Shown: in pieces, positions 19,979 through 27,908 of the stretch | Layout of the letters: each line of letters begins with the position of its first letter | How positions within the stretch are numbered: the first letter of the stretch is position 1 | Sequence record: PZ445430.1 | Reading direction: 5' to 3' (one strand) | Length of the DNA: 64,000 nt | DNA from: a phage | The notes under the pieces: model-generated | What the model was told of the DNA's origin: nothing | Seen by the model: only the letters and a program-made list of their open reading frames with translations | Databases searched by the model: none | Made by a program: the position numbers and the translations under genes

Positions 19979-21034
19979 ATGATTAAGACTGGTCTAGTAA
20001 TTGGTAAGTTCGCGCCATTAACGCGTGGTCATATTAACCTAATAAACACAGCAGCAACTATGTGTGAACGAGTTATTGTTGTAGTTAGTCATGATAATCG
20101 TTGGCTGGATAAGCAGAACACACGTGATCAGGAAGTATTACAGTTAAAGAATCGACTTCGTTGGTTAGAACAAACTTACGCGGATATTGAGCACATTTCG
20201 GTAGAGTACATTATTGAAGATGATATTCCTGAATATCCGAATGGTTGGCCGGAATATGCTAGAATCCTTAATGAAAATTACGGACATTTGCCTGAGATCA
20301 CCGTTTTCTCTAGCGAACTAGACTATGATGCAGAATATAAGAAATATCTGCCGAAGTTTGGTCATTATATTGTAGATTCTGATCGGACTCGTGTTCCAAT
20401 CTCAGCTACAATGATTCGTAATGATCTTATGAAGTATTGGGAGTTTCTTCCTAGCGTAGTTCGTAAAGATTACGTGCGTAAGGTTGTAATCATTGGGACT
20501 GAAAGCTCGGGAAAGACTACTTTAACAAAATACCTTGCGAAGCTATACAACACTTCGTGGGTAGAAGAATATGGCCGAACGTATTGTGAAGTTGATCTAG
20601 TTGGTAACGAAAATCTACTTACCAGTGAAGATTACAGTAAAATTGCGTTCAGACACAAAGAGCTAGAGTTTGAGGCAGAACGTACTGCAAATAAGATCAT
20701 GTTTGTAGACACAAATGCTTTTATTACTGAGTTCTACCACAGACTTTATGAACATCGTAAGAATCCTGTGGTTACAGCAATTGCAAAAGAAGAACATTAC
20801 GATTTAGTAATTGTTCTAGCGCCTACTGTTAAGTGGGTAGATGATGGTTTACGTATTAACTCCGATCGTTCAATTACTTCTGAACTGTTCGAGCAGATGA
20901 AGAAAGAATTTCCAAATCAGTTCCCTGAAGGGCGTACTGTTTACATCGACTCCCCGGACTACAAAGTTCGTATGGACGAAGCAGTAAACGCAGTAGACTG
21001 GCTGATTCATCACTTTAACGTTGGAGAGTTTTAA
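19979..21034 (+). CDS. nadR: NadR-like bifunctional NMN adenylyltransferase / ribosylnicotinamide kinase
   Basis: Nucleotidyltransferase motif GKFAPLTRGH at N-terminus; P-loop GTESSGKTT in C-terminal half. Confidence 0.7.
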   Translation: MIKTGLVIGKFAPLTRGHINLINTAATMCERVIVVVSHDNRWLDKQNTRDQEVLQLKNRLRWLEQTYADIEHISVEYIIEDDIPEYPNGWPEYARILNENYGHLPEITVFSSELDYDAEYKKYLPKFGHYIVDSDRTRVPISATMIRNDLMKYWEFLPSVVRKDYVRKVVIIGTESSGKTTLTKYLAKLYNTSWVEEYGRTYCEVDLVGNENLLTSEDYSKIAFRHKELEFEAERTANKIMFVDTNAFITEFYHRLYEHRKNPVVTAIAKEEHYDLVIVLAPTVKWVDDGLRINSDRSITSELFEQMKKEFPNQFPEGRTVYIDSPDYKVRMDEAVNAVDWLIHHFNVGEF

Positions 21035-21035
21035 T

Positions 21036-21713
21036 ATGACTAACTATCTTGTAAATGACTTTAAAAACTGGAAACCTTTGGAATATCTGTGGCTGTTTAT
21101 AGCAGTCGCCTTTATTAGTTTAGCAAACTATAATGGTACAGCTCTAGATTGGGCTACTGCAATAACCAATGTGGTTTGTGTTATTCTGGTTGCAAAAGGA
21201 CGTGTTTCCAACTATATTTGGGGCTTAGTGGGTGTTCTTACATATGGTATTACAGCTTTAAACGCAGATCTTTATGGTAACGCTGCACTAAACCTGCTAT
21301 ACTACGTTCCTATGCAGTTTTATGGAATGTACTTATGGCATAAAAATAAGCCAAGTAATCTGCCAGATGTTCCAACTAAGTTTCTGACTAAAGCCCAAGC
21401 TCTGCTGACTCTAGGGATTCTAGCAGTAGCCACGTTAGGGTATGGTAGTTTCTTAGCTACTACAGCTGATCCATTCCCAATGCTCGATGCATTTACTGCG
21501 GTTGGTAGTGTGATCGCTATGTGGCTTATGGTTAAGCAGTATGCCGAGCAGTGGCTGATCTGGATTGCTATTAACATTGGTACTGTGTACATTTGGCTTG
21601 TAACTGCTCAATCTACAGGTGCATCTTATGCAATCCTAGCAATGTGGCTAGTATTCTTAGGTAACTCTATTATGGGAGCCTATAAAGGATACTTTGTACG
21701 CGTTAACAAATAA
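21036..21713 (+). CDS. pnuC: PnuC-like nicotinamide riboside transporter
   Basis: About 226 aa polytopic membrane protein coupled to nadR-like gene. Confidence 0.65.
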   Translation: MTNYLVNDFKNWKPLEYLWLFIAVAFISLANYNGTALDWATAITNVVCVILVAKGRVSNYIWGLVGVLTYGITALNADLYGNAALNLLYYVPMQFYGMYLWHKNKPSNLPDVPTKFLTKAQALLTLGILAVATLGYGSFLATTADPFPMLDAFTAVGSVIAMWLMVKQYAEQWLIWIAINIGTVYIWLVTAQSTGASYAILAMWLVFLGNSIMGAYKGYFVRVNK

Positions 21714-21722
21714 AGTAGTTAT

Positions 21723-21745
21723 AGCCCTCGCTTAGAGGGCTATTA
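21723..21745 (+). terminator. rho-independent terminator
   Basis: Hairpin agccctc-gctta-gagggct then T-rich. Confidence 0.5.
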
Positions 21746-21760
21746 TACAGAAATTTTCAC

Positions 21761-21789
21761 TTGCTTAATATAGAAAATTTCTGTATAAT
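21761..21789 (+). promoter_or_regulatory. early promoter (TTGCTT-17-TATAAT)
   Basis: -35 at 21761-21766, -10 at 21784-21789. Confidence 0.6.
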
Positions 21790-21819
21790 ATATTTATAAA
21801 TTCGAGAGAGGAATCAAAC

Positions 21820-22116
21820 ATGAAACGCATTGTACTTGCATTGACTCTAGTATCTACTTCTGTATTTGCTGCTCCGCAACAGGAACTTTGTCAAGTTCAG
21901 GTTTGTAATAAGCTAGAACGATTTACTCTAAACATTTGGTCCCATATTAAAGATAATATGGGTGAACAGTGTTTTGATATTGTTCTGCCAAAAGAACAGG
22001 CTATTCCTGGTGCTGTTCTTAGCTCAGAATCACGTTGGTGGCAGGGTTCTTCTATCAATCCAACTAAGAAGTCAGTGACACGTATCAAACAAGTATATCA
22101 GTGCAAGGTTCAGTAA
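21820..22116 (+). CDS. secreted protein
   Basis: Signal peptide MKRIVLALTLVSTSVFAAP. Confidence 0.5.
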   Translation: MKRIVLALTLVSTSVFAAPQQELCQVQVCNKLERFTLNIWSHIKDNMGEQCFDIVLPKEQAIPGAVLSSESRWWQGSSINPTKKSVTRIKQVYQCKVQ

Positions 22117-22124
22117 AATTTCAC

Positions 22125-22153
22125 TTGCTTAATGTCGAAATTTTCTGTATAAT
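22125..22153 (+). promoter_or_regulatory. early promoter (TTGCTT-17-TATAAT) ahead of tRNA genes
   Basis: -35 at 22125-22130, -10 at 22148-22153. Confidence 0.6.
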
Positions 22154-22167
22154 ATATTCATAAATTC

Positions 22168-22261
22168 GGAAGATTAACCCTAATGGTAAGGGAGCTGTTT
22201 GCTAAACAGCCAGTAGCTGTGGAGACACGGTGTGCCAGTTCGAATCTGGCATCTTCCTCCA
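22168..22261 (+). tRNA. tRNA-Ser(GCT)
   Basis: Acceptor ggaagat/atcttcc; anticodon arm gctgt-TTGCTAA-acagc; long variable arm; CCA encoded. Confidence 0.75.
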
Positions 22262-22266
22262 GATTT

Positions 22267-22344
22267 GGTTCTCAAGCTCATTTGGTATGAGCCGTCGCCT
22301 CATAAGCGAAAGGTAGGTAGGTTCGAATCCTCCGGGAGCCACCA
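22267..22344 (+). tRNA. tRNA(CAT), Met or Ile-lysidine
   Basis: T-loop TTCGAAT; anticodon loop CTCATAA; CCA encoded. Confidence 0.65.
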
Positions 22345-22361
22345 ATTAATTAGGAGACTAT

Positions 22362-22547
22362 ATGTCACGCTTTCGAGAAATTGCTCAAGAGCTAGAAGAA
22401 TGTATGTGTACTGAATGTTGGGGTTCTGGCACTCAAAATGATGCTGAACCTGGGGACATTTTCTATAACGAATGGGAATGTCCTACCTGTAAAGGTTCTG
22501 GCATTAACCCTAATTATGCAATTTCTTTTGATATTGAGCGAGGCTAA
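22362..22547 (+). CDS. small Cys-rich (zinc-ribbon-like) protein
   Basis: AGGAG RBS; CxxC..CxxC pattern. Confidence 0.5.
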   Translation: MSRFREIAQELEECMCTECWGSGTQNDAEPGDIFYNEWECPTCKGSGINPNYAISFDIERG

Positions 22548-22548
22548 A

Positions 22549-22887
22549 ATGGATATTTTTACAACTCCGGCAGTCAACCTTTTAGGTGTAGGTCTGTTCC
22601 AAGCTACCATCTATCGTATTGATGATACCACAGATGTAGTAACGTTCATTGTACCAGAGTTCTTCCTAGAAAAGTTCTTTGAAGAGTTTGAGCAGTTTCG
22701 TGAAGAACACAATGCTCATTCCGATATGGAAGATCTAGCAGCTATGTTCCCTGCGGTTTACGGCTATATCTTTGAAGGTAATGGCCTAGATCTTAATAAA
22801 TCTGAACTCGTTGAACTTAACTGGGGCATCAATTTTGAAGTTGGCTCTCCATTCCCTCGATATTTCCAGGGTTTAGAGATTCGCTAA
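22549..22887 (+). CDS. hypothetical protein
   Basis: Internal ATG of track ORF 22438..22887 with GAGG RBS. Confidence 0.5.
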   Translation: MDIFTTPAVNLLGVGLFQATIYRIDDTTDVVTFIVPEFFLEKFFEEFEQFREEHNAHSDMEDLAAMFPAVYGYIFEGNGLDLNKSELVELNWGINFEVGSPFPRYFQGLEIR

Positions 22888-22895
22888 GATTACAT

Positions 22896-22972
22896 GGGGG
22901 TGTAATCGAATTGGCATAGGTACTGGACTTAAAATTCAGGTTTTGTGGGTTCGAATCCCACCACCCCTACCA
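22896..22972 (+). tRNA. tRNA-Leu(TAA), short type-I-like
   Basis: Acceptor gggggtg/cacccct; anticodon arm ctgga-CTTAAAA-ttcag; CCA encoded. Confidence 0.55.
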
Positions 22973-22987
22973 AATTAAGGAAATAAA

Positions 22988-23131
22988 ATGAAAGCTATTA
23001 AGAAAGCACTGCGTAAATTTATGTACTGTCGTTTTCATAGCATCAAGGCTTCAACTAATGGTACGACTTACGATCGCTATGATCCTAAGTTTGGCTTACA
23101 CTCTAAACAACTGGAGAAAACAAATGGCTAA
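22988..23131 (+). CDS. small hypothetical protein (47 aa)
   Basis: AAGGAAA RBS. Confidence 0.3.
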   Translation: MKAIKKALRKFMYCRFHSIKASTNGTTYDRYDPKFGLHSKQLEKTNG

Positions 23132-23330
23132 TCCTGAAATTACGGCACAACGCTTTATGCTGAAAGGAATTATTGCTGAAGCAGGCATGACAGAAGAAGT
23201 TGCAGATTTTCAAAAGCAATTCCTCAATATTCTCACTCAAGCCAAAGAGCTAGGAGAGAAAGAACATGGCGCGGCTATTATGGCAATCACATTGGTTGGG
23301 CTTGATCTGGCTGAAGAATCAGGAGTTTAA
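23124..23330 (+). CDS. hypothetical protein
   Basis: Internal ATG of track ORF 23058..23330 with GGAGAAAA RBS. Confidence 0.45.
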   Translation: MANPEITAQRFMLKGIIAEAGMTEEVADFQKQFLNILTQAKELGEKEHGAAIMAITLVGLDLAEESGV

Positions 23331-23360
23331 CTCCTCCAAGCAGAAATTTTAAAAATGTAC

Positions 23361-23390
23361 TTGCTTTTTACTTAAGATTTCTGCTATAAT
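23361..23390 (+). promoter_or_regulatory. early promoter (TTGCTT-18-TATAAT)
   Basis: -35 at 23361-23366, -10 at 23385-23390. Confidence 0.55.
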
Positions 23391-23419
23391 AGTTATATAA
23401 GTTGATGAGAGGAATCAGA

Positions 23420-23692
23420 ATGTTAAAACGTTTTGCAGCAACTGGTATTGAAAGCTCAGTATGTAAATCCTGGGGTGGTTGGGAAGGTGAGATCGAGTGG
23501 CTTTATTTCTACAATGTAGAACTTCTTCCAGAGATCAAAGCTCAATGTATTGAGGCTGGTATGGCTCCTGATGCTACGGCTGATGTTGAAATCAGCATGA
23601 ATAAGCTAGAGGGTCGAGTAGTCACTGTTACTGATGAAGGTGAAGAGGTATTCGAACTTCCATTCACTTTGAAAGTCACTCCTGGCTTCTAG
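23420..23692 (+). CDS. hypothetical protein
   Basis: ORF with GAGAGG RBS. Confidence 0.5.
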   Translation: MLKRFAATGIESSVCKSWGGWEGEIEWLYFYNVELLPEIKAQCIEAGMAPDATADVEISMNKLEGRVVTVTDEGEEVFELPFTLKVTPGF

Positions 23693-23731
23693 TAACTGAT
23701 ACAGCACTGAGCAAGTTCTTTAAAATCTTAC

Positions 23732-23760
23732 TTGCTCAGTCCTTCAAAACTTGATATAAT
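23732..23760 (+). promoter_or_regulatory. early promoter (TTGCTC-17-TATAAT) ahead of tRNA block
   Basis: -35 at 23732-23737, -10 at 23755-23760. Confidence 0.55.
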
Positions 23761-23885
23761 AGTTATCTAATTTGGAAAACATATCTGAATGAGAAGTAAC
23801 TAAGCGAGTTGCTTTTAGGGGTAAAGTCAGGATAGCCTGAAATATTCCACCTTGAGTTTAACCGACTTACTTTTCATTCAAATAT

Positions 23886-23966
23886 GGGGGATTGGCTCAG
23901 TGGCGACGGCGCCTGGCTGTAGACCGGGTATATCACGCGGAGGTTCGAGTCCTCCATCTCCCACCA
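23886..23966 (+). tRNA. tRNA-Tyr(GTA)
   Basis: Acceptor gggggat/atctccc; anticodon arm cctgg-CTGTAGA-ccggg; T-loop TTCGAGT; CCA encoded. Confidence 0.7.
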
Positions 23967-23974
23967 AAATTAAT

Positions 23975-24049
23975 GCACCTATCGTCTAATGGTTAGGACA
24001 TCAGGATTTCAATCTGAGAATCGGAGTTCAATTCTCCGTGGGTGTGCCA
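23975..24049 (+). tRNA. tRNA-Glu(TTC)
   Basis: Anticodon loop ATTTCAA; T-loop TTCAATT; CCA encoded. Confidence 0.65.
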
Positions 24050-24058
24050 ATTAATAAT

Positions 24059-24129
24059 TGGGGTACGCATAGGTTGCTAGTGGGCCTCCAAAACCCATGA
24101 AAAGGTTTCGAATACCTTTACCCCTGCCA
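24059..24129 (+). tRNA. tRNA-Trp(CCA)
   Basis: Anticodon loop CTCCAAA; short with mismatched first acceptor pair; CCA encoded. Confidence 0.5.
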
Positions 24130-24135
24130 ATATTT

Positions 24136-24210
24136 GCACCTTTAGCTGAGATGGATTAGCGCTTGCCTGAAGAGCTTGAGAGGTTCGTTCAATTCGAACA
24201 GGGTGCACCA
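24136..24210 (+). tRNA. tRNA-Phe(GAA)
   Basis: D-stem gctg/tagc; anticodon loop CTGAAGA with two U-U mismatches in stem; CCA encoded. Confidence 0.55.
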
Positions 24211-24227
24211 ATTTGAAGGAGATGCTG

Positions 24228-24500
24228 ATGCATCCTGAAAACTTCTTTATATACTGTACTAGTCTTTTGCTTAAACGCCGGATTAATAAAGTATATCACT
24301 ACAGAGCTAGTCAACAGCCTTATGTTTATGATTCTAGTGGAGATCATATTCCACTTGAGCAACTAGGGACTGATTATATGGTTTTGAAGCACTTTAATGA
24401 GGCGAAGATCTCTAGCGTTCATAACCGACAAAACTCTAAAACGTGGTGGCATAAGAAGCGTAAGAAAGGCATCAAATTTCTTAAAAATGTAGTTGCTTAA
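24228..24500 (+). CDS. hypothetical basic protein
   Basis: ATG 6 nt after AAGGAG; 3' end overlaps -35 of next promoter. Confidence 0.4.
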   Translation: MHPENFFIYCTSLLLKRRINKVYHYRASQQPYVYDSSGDHIPLEQLGTDYMVLKHFNEAKISSVHNRQNSKTWWHKKRKKGIKFLKNVVA

Positions 24501-24521
24501 ATCCTTAAAGTTCTGTATAAT
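24493..24521 (+). promoter_or_regulatory. early promoter (TTGCTT-17-TATAAT)
   Basis: -35 at 24493-24498, -10 at 24516-24521. Confidence 0.55.
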
Positions 24522-24549
24522 TATTACATAAATTGAACTGGAGAACTAG

Positions 24550-24738
24550 ATGAAAGCACCTAAACCGAAATTAGTTAAGTTCGACTGCTGTGATACTGAA
24601 ATCTTATTTACTAAGTTTGGTGAATTTAAGATGTGTGAATGTGGAACATGTGGTTACGATCATGGTGATGGATATTATTGCAGAACCCTAGGGCCTTCTG
24701 AACTAATCCACTTCTCATGGCCGGAAAGTAAAGAATAA
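24550..24738 (+). CDS. small Cys-rich protein
   Basis: GGAG RBS; multiple Cys pairs. Confidence 0.5.
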   Translation: MKAPKPKLVKFDCCDTEILFTKFGEFKMCECGTCGYDHGDGYYCRTLGPSELIHFSWPESKE

Positions 24739-24740
24739 TA

Positions 24741-24816
24741 CGACCGTTGGCTGAATGGCTTAGGCGGAGGCCTGCAAAACCTCCTTATGTGAGTTCGAAT
24801 CTCATGCGGTCGTCCA
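24741..24816 (+). tRNA. tRNA-Cys(GCA)
   Basis: Acceptor cgaccgt/gcggtcg; anticodon loop CTGCAAA; CCA encoded. Confidence 0.65.
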
Positions 24817-24968
24817 ATTTGCTGAAAGAATTGTTAAATCAATTCAGGCACGCGTAGGAACACTGCCTCAGTAATTGAAAGATGAGGCACGGTTTGGAGA
24901 GGTATGCCGCTACACGCTACGGTGCTAACTCCGTCTAGGTGAAAATCCTAGTCAGCAATATAAATTTA

Positions 24969-25054
24969 GGGTCGTTGGCTGAACGGTTTAAGCGCCGGAC
25001 TGTTAATCCGTATCCGCAAGGATAAAGTAGGTTCAACTCCTACACGGCCCGCCA
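24969..25054 (+). tRNA. tRNA-Asn(GTT) candidate with extra 15-nt arm
   Basis: Acceptor gggtcgt/acggccc; anticodon loop CTGTTAA; extra hairpin atcc-gcaa-ggat; CCA encoded. Confidence 0.5.
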
Positions 25055-25081
25055 ATTTCACTAACAACTGAGGAAATAGAT

Positions 25082-25267
25082 ATGACAACTCGTGCAATTG
25101 CTCTACTAGAAGCTGATCGTGATAATCTGATTAATAATATTAAGGTTCGTGGTAATATTATTAAGGCTCTGAAAGCTGAACTTCTTGAAGAACTTCAAGG
25201 TCAAGTAGAGCGTCGTGAAGCTCTAAAAGAGGTTGAGGAAGCTATCGAAAAACTCAAAACTGAGTAA
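25082..25267 (+). CDS. hypothetical coiled-coil protein
   Basis: ORF with GAGGAAA RBS. Confidence 0.5.
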   Translation: MTTRAIALLEADRDNLINNIKVRGNIIKALKAELLEELQGQVERREALKEVEEAIEKLKTE

Positions 25268-25275
25268 ACAAATTA

Positions 25276-25352
25276 TGCGATCGGGGCTGGCTTGGTAATG
25301 GTACTCCCCTGTCACGGGAGAGAATGTGGGTTCGAATCCCATCGGTCGCGCC
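25276..25352 (+). tRNA. tRNA-Asp(GTC)
   Basis: Acceptor gcgatcg/cggtcgc; anticodon arm ctccc-CTGTCAC-gggag; CCA encoded. Confidence 0.75.
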
Positions 25353-25429
25353 AATTTTTGCAGGACGCTGGTATAGATAACCACCGCGTGGGAAGTGTCT
25401 ATATTTAGAGCACTGCAAAACATAATAAT

Positions 25430-25505
25430 ACATCCATAGCTCAATGGTTAGAGCTACCGCCTCTTAAGCGGAGGGTTCTAGGTTCAAGTCCTAGTGGGTG
25501 TACCA
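25430..25505 (+). tRNA. tRNA-Lys(CTT)
   Basis: D-stem gctc/gagc; anticodon loop CTCTTAA; T-loop TTCAAGT; CCA encoded. Confidence 0.6.
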
Positions 25506-25587
25506 AACATCAGAGCAGCGTGATGTACTGCAAAGACCCAAAGTCCGGGGTGGACTTCTTGATTCAAAGGAGCAGGCATTAATTATC

Positions 25588-25709
25588 ATTCTAGCGTGGT
25601 GGAGAGGGGACACCAGCTTGCCGAGGGTAGAAGCTCGTTCGATTCGAGTGAAAGAATGGTTCTCGTAAATCCGCACAAGTGATAGCAGGTTCAAGTCCTG
25701 CCTAGATTG
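25588..25709 (+). ncRNA. degenerate tRNA-like element (about 120 nt)
   Basis: T-arm gcagg-TTCAAGT-cctgc and second T-loop-like ctcg-TTCGATT-cgag; pairable acceptor 122 nt apart; no CCA. Confidence 0.25.
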
Positions 25710-25718
25710 ACTTATTAT

Positions 25719-25792
25719 GCGTTCGTAGTTAAAAGGTATAATTTTTGGTTGCCAACCAGAAGTTGAGGGTTCGATTCCCTCCGACCGCACCA
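25719..25792 (+). tRNA. tRNA-Gly(GCC)
   Basis: Anticodon arm tttgg-TTGCCAA-ccaga; T-loop TTCGATT; CCA encoded. Confidence 0.65.
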
Positions 25793-26040
25793 AATTTAGG
25801 TTTCTGCTTCCTAGAGAACTGACTCCTAGATAAACAAGGCGATGAGTTTCCGGCCGGTTCTAGTCGCTGAAAATCCTCCCGACCAGGTAGGTGTAAGTAA
25901 ACGAAAGTTTACTTATTAAGTAAGTCCGACACATCGGCGGGTGTGTTCTAGTACTTAAAGAAGGTCTCGCAAACTTTCTCGCTAGCATGAGTTCATAGCT
26001 CGGTGACTTACCTAATAAGTAAATTTATTAAAAAATGTAG

Positions 26041-26069
26041 TTGCTATTTAGCTTAATTCTCTGTATAAT
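26041..26069 (+). promoter_or_regulatory. early promoter (TTGCTA-17-TATAAT)
   Basis: -35 at 26041-26046, -10 at 26064-26069. Confidence 0.6.
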
Positions 26070-26101
26070 ATATTTTATAAAGTGAGTTAACAAAGAATAT
26101 T

Positions 26102-26179
26102 CTCCGTGTAGCTCAGTTTGGCCAGAGCGTTTCGTTTGGGGCGATAGGGTCGGGGGTTCAAATCCTCCCACGGAGACCA
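26102..26179 (+). tRNA. tRNA-Pro(TGG)
   Basis: Acceptor ctccgtg/cacggag; anticodon loop TTTGGGG; CCA encoded. Confidence 0.65.
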
Positions 26180-26185
26180 AACAAT

Positions 26186-26263
26186 TGCGGGTTAGATCTC
26201 TGGTAGAGATCGCTAGTCTCATAAGCTAGAAAGAGGTAGGTTCGATTCCTACACCCGCTTCCA
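26186..26263 (+). tRNA. tRNA(CAT), Met or Ile-lysidine
   Basis: D-stem gatc/gatc; anticodon arm ctagt-CTCATAA-gctag; CCA encoded. Confidence 0.65.
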
Positions 26264-26284
26264 ATTTAATAGAAGGATTTCGAA

Positions 26285-26449
26285 ATGAAATTATTTCGTT
26301 TAAAAGTAAGTGATCTACGTTCTAGCAAAGATCGTAAGAAGTATCCACTAGCTCACTATGGTAAAGATGAAAACGAAGTGATGGCGGAATTTGGTATTAA
26401 TCATCCTTACTTGAAAGTCTACTCTATTAAAGAAGTATACATGTATTAA
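26285..26449 (+). CDS. small hypothetical protein (54 aa)
   Basis: AGAAGGA RBS; lies between tRNA genes. Confidence 0.35.
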   Translation: MKLFRLKVSDLRSSKDRKKYPLAHYGKDENEVMAEFGINHPYLKVYSIKEVYMY

Positions 26450-26451
26450 AT

Positions 26452-26529
26452 TGACCGTTAACTCAACTGGATAAGAGTACCGAGCTTTTACCTCGTAGGT
26501 TCTGGGTTCGAATCCCAGACGGTCAACCA
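26452..26529 (+). tRNA. tRNA-Lys(TTT)
   Basis: Acceptor tgaccgt/acggtca; D-stem actc/gagt; anticodon loop CTTTTAC; CCA encoded. Confidence 0.65.
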
Positions 26530-26546
26530 ATTTAAAGGAATTTGTT

Positions 26547-26864
26547 ATGAATATTAACAAAGTTCTAGAAACAATATCAGAAATGTCTGGTAGAGCTGGA
26601 AAACGCTTTACTGAACTATGCATTAAAAATCAAAAAGTACCAGAACATCAATGTCATTATTGTCGAGACTGTGAACAATACCATGAAATGTGTATGGTTG
26701 AAGATTGGGTCTGGGATCAGATAAGAAAAGAGCAACCCAAAGATATTGTTCTATGTTTTACTTGTATGGAACGACGTTTAGGACGTAAAATTACGCTCAA
26801 AGATCTTAAACATGTTCCCTGTAACGCTCCTTACTTCATTGGCTTTAGAATGGAGAGATTTTAA
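26547..26864 (+). CDS. Cys-rich hypothetical protein
   Basis: AAAGGAA RBS; CHYCRDC and CFTC motifs. Confidence 0.5.
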   Translation: MNINKVLETISEMSGRAGKRFTELCIKNQKVPEHQCHYCRDCEQYHEMCMVEDWVWDQIRKEQPKDIVLCFTCMERRLGRKITLKDLKHVPCNAPYFIGFRMERF

Positions 26865-26997
26865 TGACTATCTGGTTTTATTTAATGAAGCAGAAAATAA
26901 GAGATTCCTATGTATTCTCTGCTGACTTTACAATAGGTATGTTTATAGCAGGTTTCTGTGAATTTGTAGTTGAAGCCTACATCATAGGAAGTCTTTT

Positions 26998-27071
26998 GCT
27001 CGGTTAGTTTAATGGGAGAACCCCGTCTTTACACGGCGGTTGCGATAGTTCGATTCTATCACCGAGTACCA
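26998..27071 (+). tRNA. tRNA-Val(TAC)
   Basis: Anticodon arm ccgtc-TTTACAC-ggcgg; T-loop TTCGATT; CCA encoded. Confidence 0.7.
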
Positions 27072-27096
27072 ATTAACTCAAAATAAGGAATTGCAA

Positions 27097-27450
27097 ATGC
27101 AATTATCAAGCAAGGTTCAAGGCTATTTCGGGCATGTAACAATGGAGTTCGCTATCTCTAAAGGTTGGGACTTCGAACAAGATCTAGCTGAATTCTACAA
27201 AGATATTGATCTGAATGTACCGTACATAGGACTCTCTACTGGTCAAGAGATCACAGAAGGCGATGTGTTCAAGGCAAGTCAAGGTGAGGTAACACCTAGT
27301 TTTGCCGAGTTCTGGTTAGGAATTACTCTGAAAGATGATGCACCGGATGGTGGTGTGGTTATGCAGAGTATGCACTCTGGAAGCTCTGATTACCTTTTCG
27401 TTAGTGACGTTAAGGAAATACAAGAAATCTGCAAAAATGTACTTGCTTGA
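27097..27450 (+). CDS. hypothetical protein
   Basis: AAGGAA RBS; 3' end overlaps -35 of next promoter. Confidence 0.5.
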   Translation: MQLSSKVQGYFGHVTMEFAISKGWDFEQDLAEFYKDIDLNVPYIGLSTGQEITEGDVFKASQGEVTPSFAEFWLGITLKDDAPDGGVVMQSMHSGSSDYLFVSDVKEIQEICKNVLA

Positions 27451-27471
27451 TGCTTAATTTCTTGTTATAAT
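27443..27471 (+). promoter_or_regulatory. early promoter (TTGCTT-17-TATAAT)
   Basis: -35 at 27443-27448, -10 at 27466-27471. Confidence 0.55.
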
Positions 27472-27734
27472 ATTTATATAAATCGATGAGGAGAAATCCT
27501 CATCAAAGTTCACTAAGGTATTAGCTCGACCTAGGACTGGCTGCCAACAAGCACAGTTGCAATTAGACCCCTAATGGCGGGGGGATACTTTGCAATAAGT
27601 TCTAGATTAGTCCACTAGATTCAGCGGCAACTGAATAGTGTATCGGGTTTGTGAAGAGCGGTTATCCTCTACTGGCTAATGTCTGAGGGTAATACGCACA
27701 CCGAGCTAATAGCCTTAGTAAACTTAAAGATTTT

Positions 27735-27808
27735 GGGGATATAGTTTAATGGTAGAACATCTGCCTTGCACGCAGAAGACGAGGGTTCAACTCCCTCTTT
27801 CTCCACCA
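27735..27808 (+). tRNA. tRNA-Ala(TGC)
   Basis: Anticodon arm tctgc-CTTGCAC-gcaga; T-loop TTCAACT; CCA encoded. Confidence 0.7.
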
Positions 27809-27813
27809 AATTC

Positions 27814-27889
27814 GGGGTCATAGGTTATTTGGTTAAACTTACTGCCTTGCAAGCAGTGGAACTCAGTTCAATTCTGAGTGACTCCACCA
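27814..27889 (+). tRNA. tRNA-Ala(TGC), second copy
   Basis: Anticodon arm actgc-CTTGCAA-gcagt; T-loop TTCAATT; CCA encoded. Confidence 0.6.
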
Positions 27890-27908
27890 AACAAATTAAG
27901 GAAATAAT

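Noticed and set aside
22232-22414. Track ORFs overlapping tRNA genes (22232..22414 +, 25223..25444 -, 25491..25793 -, 26028..26222 -, 26348..26623 -, 29219..29536 -, 30763..31038 +)
   Set aside because: They run through well-formed tRNA genes, several on the opposite strand, and have no RBS; translations are low-complexity readings of tRNA sequence.
26864-27007. 47-aa hydrophobic ORF coupled to gene 26547..26864
   Set aside because: Its 3' end overlaps the start of tRNA-Val(TAC) at 26998; kept out of the feature list as too uncertain.
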